A DNA stretch of 64,000 bases from Epithemia pelagica (lineage: Eukaryota; Protista; Bacillariophyta): NCBI GenBank assembly GCA_946965045.2, contig OX337238.1, positions 1,860,001 to 1,924,000 of the forward strand, in the 5' to 3' direction. Position numbers and translations under genes: made by a program. The notes beneath the pieces are model-generated. The model was not told the origin of the DNA and made no database searches. It was given only the letters and a program-made list of their open reading frames with translations. Shown piece after piece: positions 23,111 through 33,292 of this stretch. Position 1 is the stretch's first letter; each line of letters opens with the position of its first letter.

Positions 23111-24758
23111 ATGTATAACAACCAAGCTCCCAATACCGGCTACGGGCCCCAAAATGGCCAGTATCAGAATGGAGATTATGGAGGATATGAGGGAAATCAA
23201 GGACAAGATCCCGAAAACTTTCAAGACGAAGGCTACGGGCAACCTGCCTCCCAGCAACAGTACAACCCGCAACTCCAACGATCGATTCAACAACAACAGG
23301 GACTGCAACGATCGACGCAAAGAGAACAAGCCCTTGGTTCCAAGCAATTCGAGAAGGAAGAACGTCGTCAAAATCTTCTTTGTTTCTTGTTCGTCACATT
23401 AGGCCTAGTTATTTCTGCCGTTGTTGCAATGGCAATATTTCTGTCCATTTGGCTCACTCAGGACGACGACGTCACTACAATTATCAACAATACCGAAACT
23501 CCAGTGGCAGAGGATAGAACGAATGACCTTCCGACGCCTTCACCCACTTCCGTAAGTACAGACGCGATGACGTTCGATGAGACTTTTTCCAGTGCAAGCT
23601 CAGCAATGTCCGATGTTTTAGACCCCCACCTGGCGGATTCGGAGCCAATTGCAGTCCAACGAAGGTGTGGCTGTTGGATATGGTGCAGCTGTAGCCTTAG
23701 CTGGCGACCTTCTGGTCGTTGGAGCTCCCAATTTTGCTCAGTCAGGTCGCGTCGAAACTCTTCAGCAATCTTCTAGTGGGACTCTCTCATTCTCTCCCAT
23801 CACAGGCGCTTCTGCTTCAGAGGCCGACACTGAGGAGTTCGGGATCGCACTGGATATGACCCTCGATACCAACGGAGATCCGATTGTCATTGTTGGTTCC
23901 ACAAGATCCGTTGGTGCACAAAACAAAAACAATGTATTCGGAAGTGCTCACGTCTATGACTTCTCTGGTTCTGCCTGGCAATCTTCAGGTAATGTCATCC
24001 GTGGCCCGGAAGAAGTGGAAGATGCCGCCGGTAGGTGCGGTGAGTCCGTCGCCGTGTCTTCTGTTGGGCGAATTGCCGTTTCTTGTCCGTCTACAAGCAA
24101 AGTGCAGAAAACGGGCCTCAACACGGGCGCTGTTCACGTTCTGCAGCTCGTCGGGACGGCATGGGCTCCAATGAATCCTTCACCGCTGACGGGCCAGCCA
24201 GAGAGCTACTTTGGTCAATCCATCGATATTAGCGACGACGGGACCAAGTTGCTGATTGGTGCTCCTGGAGATTTGTCGCTCTCCGCAAACGGGAGGGTGG
24301 AGTATTATTCGTTCGAGCAAAACAGGTGGACCCGGGTCTTTGCGTTGGACGGGACAAGCGGAGAGTCGCTTGGTGCATCCGTCCAAATACTCACCTCTGA
24401 CGGAAGTCGATTTGCCGTTGGAAGTCCCGGTGCGAGCTCTGGTATTGGAAGTGTTCTCGTGTTTGAGCAAGATGCAACATCTGGAGTTTTTGAACAGTTG
24501 GGTGGAACCATTCCAGGCGCCGCCGCCAATGAACGGGTCGGTGATGTGCTCGCTGGAAGTGATGGAAAAGTTGCCGTTGGAACGGGAACGGGAAGGATTC
24601 GTGTCTATGAGTACAGTAATGGAAGTTGGAATCAACTTGGTGATAGCCCCAACCCAGGTTCGGGGTCTGCTGCCATTTTGTCGTTGGCAATCTCGAACGA
24701 TGCGACTGTTGTTGCTGCGGGATTGGAGGATCTCGTTGCTGTTTATGAACGTACCTAA
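23111..24758 (+). CDS. Paralogous type II membrane FG-GAP-like beta-propeller protein; exon 23111-23551, second exon from 23622 (or 23655) to 24758
   Basis: Y/Q/G-rich N-terminus, TM (LLCFLFVTLGLVISAVVAMAIFLSIWL) and seven blades (YGAAVALAGDLLVVGAP, FGQSIDISDDGTKLLIGAP, etc.). Donor GTAAGT at 23552; two in-frame AG acceptors at 23621 and 23654. Confidence 0.85.
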
Positions 24759-25014
24759 AATGAGAAGGTTTTAAGTGACTCCTCGGATTGTTCCCATATA
24801 TGACCGCCATGGTGCGATTGATGTTTAAGCATGCTATATATTTAGTTGTAATGAATTCATGAACTCAGGAACTATATTATTGATGTGGCTTGACGCCAAT
24901 CCTTTGCTTAGGATAATAGGAAGTAACAACAGTCACCTCGGCATTCCCGGCCGACTTTTCCTCGCAATAAAAATAGTGTAAAGTTGTCGCAGAAAAGGTG
25001 TTATTACATCTCTA

Positions 25015-25412
25015 GTGCTTTCTTTCTGGGTGTGCCCATCCATGACGGGCGAAAACGTACCGTTGGGCACACACATAGTTCCAACTAGATATAGGACTAT
25101 ATTTTTAGACCTAGGGCCTCAAACTTTTTCCTTAACACATCATCCTCTGTCACCATATTGGAGGATATATATCCCCATGACATCCATATGTGACATATAC
25201 TGGTCATATGAGCACCTCCTCCATTGTGCTCGATTTCAGGCATGTGGGGGCACACTTGCATGTGATACTACTACTCTCTATATGGGGGGCGGCATGGGGT
25301 ATCTCCAATGGTGTGACAGAGAATGTGTTAAGGAAAAAGTTTGAGCATCTACACATGTCGAAACTATGTATGTGCTTTGCGCCCGTCATGGGCACACCCA
25401 GGTAGAAGGCAC
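25015..25412. mobile_element. Degenerate fold-back / MITE-like element flanked by TA
   Basis: Nested inverted matches: ctgggtgtgcccat..gacgggc vs gcccgtcatgggcacacccag, and a perfect 23-bp pair 25118-25140 / 25323-25345. Central gagcac..gtgctc hairpin; termini ta|gtgc...gcac|ta. Confidence 0.7.
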
Positions 25413-27684
25413 TATAGGTAGGTAGAGCTTCTGAACTTCTCAGCGTACTTGATCGCTTAGAAAGCGATACTACCTTCCTTTCGCATAAGGGCTTATCAGT
25501 CTGACCAACCTTATTTGGTTTCCAGTTACTGAAAGAGACATTTCGTCGTCCCACAGAGCAGAGCGCGGCCATCTATGTGTAATACAGCAAAAAAGGAGTA
25601 AAAGCAGCATTCGTGATATTTTGATGTGTGGTTGCGCGATTCTGGGTTTGCAAACCTAACCGCCTTCGGCCCCCAAAACACCCCAGAACTCATGTCTGGT
25701 AGAGCAATATCGAGTTCCTTCCTCCCTTGGATCAAGGGTTGGTCCAGTCTAACGAGTCATGAGAACAATTGCCACTTCTAGATTGGGGCCATCGAAAACT
25801 CCTTGAGGACGACGTCACGGAAGAATCAGTCGAAACTGCTCTTTCGCATAGTCGATACATGTATGGTTTTTGAAGATGCGTCGTTTATTTGTTTTTGTCG
25901 TCATAACGAAGTACCTCAATGTAAAGAGAAAAACTTTTTGTTAGCTTGCAAGAGCGATTTTCCATTTTCCACAACAGTTCTGTAACCAAAATCCATTTCA
26001 AACCCTTCTTCATCATTCAGAGGCCATTTTCTCCAAACAAGGCAGTGGAAGTCGTGTATTCCGAGAAACCGAAACAGCAAAGAGGCTGAAGGTTACTGTA
26101 CTTTTCCAACCATATTAGGACTTTGAAATGTTCTACTTCTCGTTCGCCAATGCGCCAGGCGATGGTCTAGAGCAGGCTAATCTTTTTTCCTCGATACAAT
26201 TTGGTAGATGACTCCTGGCTGAAAGACAGAGTTGCAACTAACAAGTTACCAAAGCAAAATGGGAATGGTATTCGGAAGCCAAACTGTTGCAGAGTCACCT
26301 ACAAACATCAATCGGCTCTGTCGTACGAAACTCGAAGGTACGAGAAATCCAAGCCTATTTATTTTTCCGAGTGCTAATTTCCGTCTCCTGGGAAGATCTC
26401 ATCCTATTTTCCCTTAGTTCTCACTAGACCTACCTTAGATCGATTCACTGATATCACTTCCATTTATTCATTGATTGATTAAGATACTCGACATGCTCTC
26501 ATGCTTGGTAAAAACAAATGACTCCATCGCTTCGTACACGATCAGGAACTAGGGACTCTCTTGATGCATTCATGCATACAAAACCAAAATTGCTTCAAAA
26601 CAGGCATCCACGTTTTCTGTGTTATCATTTTTAGATGAGGACGTACTTACTACAGAAAGCAAGGTTCTCAAAGTGCAATAACGTCTCTAGTATTAAGATC
26701 TCGTCAAGGACAAGTCGCGTCTCTGACACTCACGATGGCTTCTTTCGCGCGTTTTCACTACTTCTAGACGAAAGGCTTTGACGCGGTCAAGATTAACTTC
26801 GGAAGTTATCTGTATCAGTCCGGAAATGACGTGGAGACCCAAAATTGCGATTGTATCATCGCCAAAGTCTTTGGGGGAAGCCGGGGGATGTGAGATTTCT
26901 TATCAATGTATGTTTTGCATTGGGCCCTCATCTTCATCTTCGCAATGAAAATTAGGCGCTATTTCTAGCGTGAAACTTCAATGCGATGCGATGTATCGGG
27001 ACTGATAAGATCAACCCTCAATCGGCCGGTGCTACCGCACGAAACTCAGCAGAACAGCGCAATCTAGGCGATGACCAACGGAGCTCGAACTGATCTAGAA
27101 TCCAGACGGAGTCGATCCCAGAGTGGAATCAGAGGCAATGCGAGTGATAACCAGTTTCCAGGTAGCGATAGATTTCCGTGACTGAGAAGAATTTGTTTCG
27201 ATGGCTAGATGGGATTTCTTCATGGGTTGGTTCCATGGTTTCTAGTTCGGAAGTCTGTGTGGTTATTGCGTTTGAGCCTTACCTTGGGGACGACCTGATC
27301 GTGCCCAAGAGCACAACGCAGCCCTGTCGGTTATGTGAACCGACCAGGCTTGTTCTGTTCTCAATCTAGTCGCTGATTGATATCGACTTAGCAGCATGTC
27401 TGTTTGAGCGCAGCCAGTCGCCCTAAAAGGCGTCACAAGATAACTCTTTCTTGTCCTGGGGAAAGCATTACATTTGCGGTATCAGAAACGGACCCTAGAT
27501 TCCTAGCGAGTTCAATTTTACTCGTCATTCTCAATCTGGGTGTCAACCTTGACCAACTTTGGACCCCCATAGGGCAGACTTCTTATATCTGAACCAACTG
27601 CTTCTTAGATCAGGTCTAGGTCTGAGCAGCGCCCAATAAAGAAAGGCTTCGTAATCAGCAGTTAGATTTCCGAGTCGATTCGCA

Positions 27685-27869
27685 TTTTATTACTGGTGAT
27701 TTTACATTTACTGCACCATGGTGCAAGAATTATAAGTCCGATTTTGATGAGCTGTTTAAAGCTTTAGGTTTAGAGTTACAGCTTCAAACAGGTTGCATAT
27801 CCGCTCAATACTTAACGGTAGTCCTTCAACGCATGGTGCCGCGAATGTAAAATCACCGGTAGGATAAAA
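27685..27869. repeat. Imperfect ~185-bp inverted repeat (MITE relic)
   Basis: ttttattactggtgattttacatttactgcaccatg (27685-27720) vs catggtgccgcgaatgtaaaatcaccggtaggataaaa (27832-27869), plus an inner ctgtttaaagct / agcttcaaacag pair. Confidence 0.65.
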
Positions 27870-29237
27870 GGCAGTGCATATTATGTGGCATTCGGTCGTC
27901 CCATAGTTTTCTCCTTTCGAGGCGCCAGCGACCTATCGCCAAGAATTTCTGGCAAGGATTCTCTCACCTCTCGAGCAATCTAAACAAAAAGAGATAATGA
28001 ACGGCAATGGATGCTCTTTCGTTTCCTTCGGAACGATTAATGTCCCCATGCTCGAATAAACAATGAGTAACGGACTCGTATGGCTTCTCTTGCAGATCAT
28101 CGCGTGGGTCTCGGCCGTTTCTGGAGCTCAACTTACGCGTACAGGTCGCGCCACGACAAGAGAAATGAGCGGCTGGACACGGTACTGACCTAAGACGGTG
28201 CGCTGCTATAGGTCACAACTCAACCATTGTACTGGTGCAAATGAACGTTACCATTAGACTAATTTGACGATGGCGGATTTTTCTGGACGATTGTCATCTC
28301 TCCAGCTATATAAGAACGGTAAATCTAGGTTAGTCACAAGTGCTGTTGCGTTTGTTGCGCTTGTTGTGCTCCTATGGGAAAATTCCAGATATGTAATTGG
28401 GAGACTTCTTGCCTTCATGGCATCCATAAGCAGGGTCCATTAGGCTTGTCCCTCCTTGCCGAACTAACGAAGCCAACGACGAAAATCCAGTCTTGGTAGG
28501 ACGGGCATGGCGGACCACTATGCGCAGTAAGAGCAACGACGAGAGGACCTTTTTTCTATCATGCGTTGTGTCAGAAGGACAAGGAGTTTTTCCCTACCCT
28601 CGTAGCAATCAGTCCAATAGAACAAATAGAATGGATATCTGCGAGGGTTGGAAAACAGAGATGGCTACGACCCAAAACAGATTGACGGAAGGTATGCCAT
28701 GGTGAAGCCACGATACACCGCGACAAACTTGATGCCAAAAGTGACGTACGTAGGCTCTACTGTGTTGGGACCCATAGGCGCACGCGTGGAAGTAAACACC
28801 AAATATTATAGATGCTGTTTCCTAGCATATACCAAAGAAGAGTAAAATTTAACAACAAATCAACGACGGCAGGGAAAGTGTTCGCGAAAAGATCTCATTG
28901 ATTGCAAAGGGCAGAGTTCAGTAGCTCGTCGTTCGCATATATTTGAGCAACGGCATGGGTTGGACGTGATAGTGCGCTACCAGCAACCAATTGAGAGATA
29001 GAGAGCTACAACACACTCACCCAGATAATTGATTCCACGATAAAGTGAAGGACTTGAACGTTTGCAAAAAGAAAGATCTTGACGAGACAAGCTTTCCGCC
29101 TTTAAGCAGACTCAGTTGTCGTTGTTTGGCGAATCGTAGGAGTAACTGAAGGTGACGGCGAATAGTATTGTCTTACTTACCTGCAGATATTGAGTGATAT
29201 TACACTCCTTCGTAGAGCTTTCAGCGCTTGTCGGATA

Positions 29238-29578
29238 TAAGACTGATCCGTTCAAATGGTGGGATTGGGCGCCAATCCCACCCTCGAGAAATCGCTCCTC
29301 AAAAATTTTTGTGCTTTGTGAAGCGAGTAACTCTAATGTCATTCACGTGCGAGACTGCTGTACCGTTTCTACATACCTCATAGCACATCCCACATTAGGG
29401 ATTTGAATACTAAAATTTTGCTGGCCATACTTCAGTCAAATTTTCTGAAATGTACATCAAAATTTCGCAAAACATATACAGGATCAATCGATAGAGCGTT
29501 AAAAGACGATTCGATCTATGTAAAAAAAAGTATTTTGGTCGCCATTCACAATCCCACCATTTGAACGGATCAGTCTTA
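29238..29578. mobile_element. MITE with ~30-bp perfect TIRs and TA TSD (Tc1/mariner-type)
   Basis: taagactgatccgttcaaatggtgggattg ... caatcccaccatttgaacggatcagtctta, flanked by TA at 29236-29237 and 29579-29580. Confidence 0.85.
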
Positions 29579-30612
29579 TATTTGGAAATGAAATGTGGCG
29601 GCATCCAAGAGTCTTGGAAAACGTGAGCAGAAAAGACCGTTTTATTGTATTTGAGGAAGAAAACGTATAGTTTTACGGACTACAATCTTTTCCCACTTTC
29701 ATCAGCGACCACATCAAATAGCAGGTTGCTTCTTTAGAGTGGTACCATATTATTCTTTTTCAAGATGAACTGTTCAGAAAATTACAGTGTTGAAAATAAT
29801 GACTTACCTGAGCAAACGGGTTGTTTTATAAATTCTTCTTCATGGTTGTTTTTTTATAGGGACTTATTATCTGTCTTGAATCATCCAAATCAGGCCAATA
29901 AGGTATAAAGCAACACACTATTAGTTGGAGTAATTGGTAGATTCATTTCGGCTGGCGTTTGTTTCGACGTTATCGGCCGTTTTCTTCAACCATGTTCCAA
30001 CGTGAATGCTTGCCCGAAAGTGAATTGATATGAATCCTGGAACGACGTGGTTTTCCCCCACAAGCCAAGAGCTAACCCGGGTTTTGCTTCTTGACGTGAG
30101 CAAGTCAACTCAAAACAAAATATGCAAGGTGCAACTCAAACATTACAGGAATCGAAGAGTTCCCTCTTATACAAGGCTTTGAATGGCGGTATCGGGCGTT
30201 GGTTTTCAGCGAGGTAGAAACCCTTGCAGGATTCCTGTCGATGTAGCAAATTCGATGCATCGGAAATTGGTTCCCTTCCGCGAAGGAGCCTGAGTGCCTG
30301 AACCTCTGTTTCCAAAGAAGTCATTTATCCATGTGACTCAAGAGGACTGGGCACTGGGCACGTTTCACGGTTTTGCAATACCCTTTGTCATTAATTCAAT
30401 CACTCCCTCACACAGTTCATTTTTTTCATGATTTTAGGACTATCCTGTGCGTGTTGTGTACACGGGGCATCGCCGGCCATGATAGGGAGCGCTATCTAGA
30501 CTATGTATCATGAAAATGTCATATTAACTCAAGCGAGTTAAGGTATTGAGCGGCAACTCGTTCGTTCTTTGAGTTAGTTGTTGGGCGGGGGTGTTATATA
30601 TAGTGCGTTGGG

Positions 30613-30995
30613 CCAATGCAGGACGCCATCGGGAAAAGACTGTCGTGCAGTAGTGTTATTTTATCATTGGGCAGCAGCGGTATAGTTTCGCAGGCCTTTG
30701 GCGCCGCCAATCGCCAATAATGCAGGAGACATCGGGAAAAAGAATGTTGTCGTGCTGTGGTTCATTGGGGCGGTATTGGTAGTAGTGGAGGTGCCACCTT
30801 TTGGGAAAGAAGCCTCGCAGAGAAGTGCCCTTGGGGTCAATGCAGGAAACATCGGGAAAAGAATGTTGTCGTGCAGTGGTTTTTCATCCTTGGGGCGCGG
30901 TATAGTCAGTGGAGGCGCCACCGTTTGGGAAAGAAACCTCGAAGAAGTGCATTTGAGCCACCAACGCAGAAGGAAAAACAATGTCGTGCAATGAG
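30613..30995. repeat. Degenerate tandem repeat, ~4 units of ~105-122 bp
   Basis: Recurring core aatgcagga..catcgggaaaa..tgtcgtgcagtg at ~30614, 30719, 30839 and (more degenerate) 30960. Confidence 0.75.
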
Positions 30996-31277
30996 TGGGT
31001 TCATCCTCCGGAGTTGGGGTCGCGCCATCATTTCCTAGGTAGGCTATTGACGCCATCGGATTCTTCTGACGAGATTAGCTGCACTTTGGCATTACAGGCA
31101 AGTAAATACAACAATACCTACCACCCACAAACAACATTGCAGTACTATGCTCCGACGGTACAAGTCACGCATGAAAATCTCAGATTCGCACAAAAGACAC
31201 GCTGATTTGAAAGAGAGGTAAATTGCAAAATTATGAGGTTTAATCTACTTGACAGATGAATGGGTCCACAACATAGG

Positions 31278-32921
31278 TTACACGTTCGTGGAAGTAGGCT
31301 TCGGTAGAAAAACAGGGGTAGCTGAATGGGCCGTTCTATGAGCTTGACTCCGAGACCTTGAGGCACTGGTTGGACGAGACGACGACCGGGCATACGAGGC
31401 TCGAAGTGCTGTACCAAATGCAGCGGAAGATCGCACAGGAGTGGCGATTTTATGTTTGTTCTTGGCGCTTGCAGTCAATCGGCTTCCAATTCGGTCGTGT
31501 CTCACGGGTGTGGATGCCTCCTTGGCTCGACGCCCTCGGGCTTGTAGAACGGAGAGGGCTTTGCTAGCAGCAGCTTCTCGGGTGGTTTCTTCCGCTAAAT
31601 TAAACACGGGGCCTGGCACAGAAAGCTTTGTTTTCGTTTTCTCTCTTTGGCTGATGACGATCGGCGTGCTGTTGACTTCTCCCCAAGTCATTATTGGCTC
31701 GTCCACCTCGCACTCTCTTCCTGGTATAATCACAGGTGTCATGGCAACCAAACGAGATTGTTCGTTTCGACGGAGTGTGGCCGCCTGTTCACGTTCCTTT
31801 TGTAGACTATGTCTTGGAGGGGCATCCAAGTCGGTGGAGTCGGAGGTGTAATCAGTTGTAGTCGTTGTTGAATAACCGTCAGAATCTAAGCCGTCCTGAA
31901 GACTCTCAGCCACGGGAGCTCCCCTCCTCCGAGAGCCAACGCCAATGGAGCTGGGGCTATCTTGTTCAGGAAACCTGGTTGCAGATGGGACAATCTTTTT
32001 TTCAAGTTTCTCTTTGGGGATATACTGGATGGGCGCAGCCAAAAGAACGCTCCCCTTGGCATTGCAACGAGACAGAGACCCGTTTAACGTAGCTCTTCGA
32101 CACGCCTCAGATGGCCTTCGGGAGGTGGGAGGAGGCATGGACGAGAGTTTCACCCCCTCTATCACCTTGCTATTCCTTGCTGTTGAATTGTTAGCGAAAG
32201 ATCCCTTCCATCCGAGCAGGGGGCGTTCTCTCGTCGAATGCATGTTGCTGCGTGTTTCCGGTACGGCGAACAGAGGATTTTCAGCTTGTGATTGCTTCTC
32301 AGTTTCACGCAAGGTGAGAATATGTCGATGAGGGGATGGATTAAATTCATCGGAGGCCAGAATCAAGGGAGTACGGGTTTGTTTCTTAGATTGTCTTGCA
32401 TTGTGTTGCGCGGATAAGCTCTTTCCCTCACTGGTGAGAAGGGACATGGCTTGCTGTGTAGACCGAAGAAGCTTTTGTTTCCGCGCATTGATTTCATGTT
32501 GCTGAAGAGTTTCGTATTCTGCATTATCTTCGCTAGTAACTCGAAGATGGAAGTTTGTCAACGACTCGTGTTCCAAAAGTCTTGGTTTCTTCCGAAGTCC
32601 CTGTTCTGTCTGATCGTTCTCGTCCAGTTCATCTTCAGCCACCGCGTTTTCTTCCTGCTGCTGCAATTTCCTGGCAGAACGTCGTATCGCAATCACTGTT
32701 CCAATATCTGTCGCCTCATCACGTGCCATTTGAATGGTCATCTGAGTTTGCAACTGCGGAAGACTAGGGAAGTAATTGCGCTGAATTACGGTTGAAAGGC
32801 CAGAAGTATAAGCTTCCTCAGACAAAACTTGTCGGCGTTGCGTTCGCTGATGCTTCTTATCGGTCACTCTGAGAAGATCCTCATGTTCACGGTCGGAAGC
32901 TTGATCTGATATCGAACTCAT
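31278..32921 (-). CDS. ESS2: Splicing factor ESS-2 / DGCR14 homolog
   Basis: VLSEEAYTSGLSTVIQRNYFPSL, SLTNFHLRVTSEDNAEY and MTPVIIPG...PIMTWGEVNSTP match the conserved Es2 blocks. First in-frame ATG at 32921. Confidence 0.85.
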   Translation of the reverse strand: MSSISDQASDREHEDLLRVTDKKHQRTQRRQVLSEEAYTSGLSTVIQRNYFPSLPQLQTQMTIQMARDEATDIGTVIAIRRSARKLQQQEENAVAEDELDENDQTEQGLRKKPRLLEHESLTNFHLRVTSEDNAEYETLQQHEINARKQKLLRSTQQAMSLLTSEGKSLSAQHNARQSKKQTRTPLILASDEFNPSPHRHILTLRETEKQSQAENPLFAVPETRSNMHSTRERPLLGWKGSFANNSTARNSKVIEGVKLSSMPPPTSRRPSEACRRATLNGSLSRCNAKGSVLLAAPIQYIPKEKLEKKIVPSATRFPEQDSPSSIGVGSRRRGAPVAESLQDGLDSDGYSTTTTTDYTSDSTDLDAPPRHSLQKEREQAATLRRNEQSRLVAMTPVIIPGRECEVDEPIMTWGEVNSTPIVISQREKTKTKLSVPGPVFNLAEETTREAAASKALSVLQARGRRAKEASTPVRHDRIGSRLTASAKNKHKIATPVRSSAAFGTALRASYARSSSRPTSASRSRSQAHRTAHSATPVFLPKPTSTNV

Positions 32922-33292
32922 TTTCAACCTTTCTGTCAGAACAACTACCTAGGTAGAGAAGAAAAAGAGGGTCCTGGTTCTTGAAGTAGGAGCAAAGGAA
33001 AGGTCTCTCGCACGTTGTCATCAACACAATCAGACACTCAGAAAATCTCGCAGTGGATAGCCTAGAACCTATCTAGAGGTAGGTGCTCCACCGGTAGTTT
33101 CACGGTCGGCTTTGGCAAGCTGAAAAGGCGAGTCGTATCAATCGAACTCGTGATGAATTTGAAAAATGATCGACAAGACGACCTAGTAAGACCTACCTAG
33201 TAACCTTTCAGGACTTTGATATCCAATTGTTATGAATCTCGCTGAACGGTTGCTAGACATCGTTACCAAGTTCAGGACGATTATGTGTAGCA

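Noticed and set aside
28270-28845. Possible decayed membrane-protein gene (hydrophobic stretch plus protein-like fragments)
   Set aside because: Multiple stops and frame changes, and no identifiable family.
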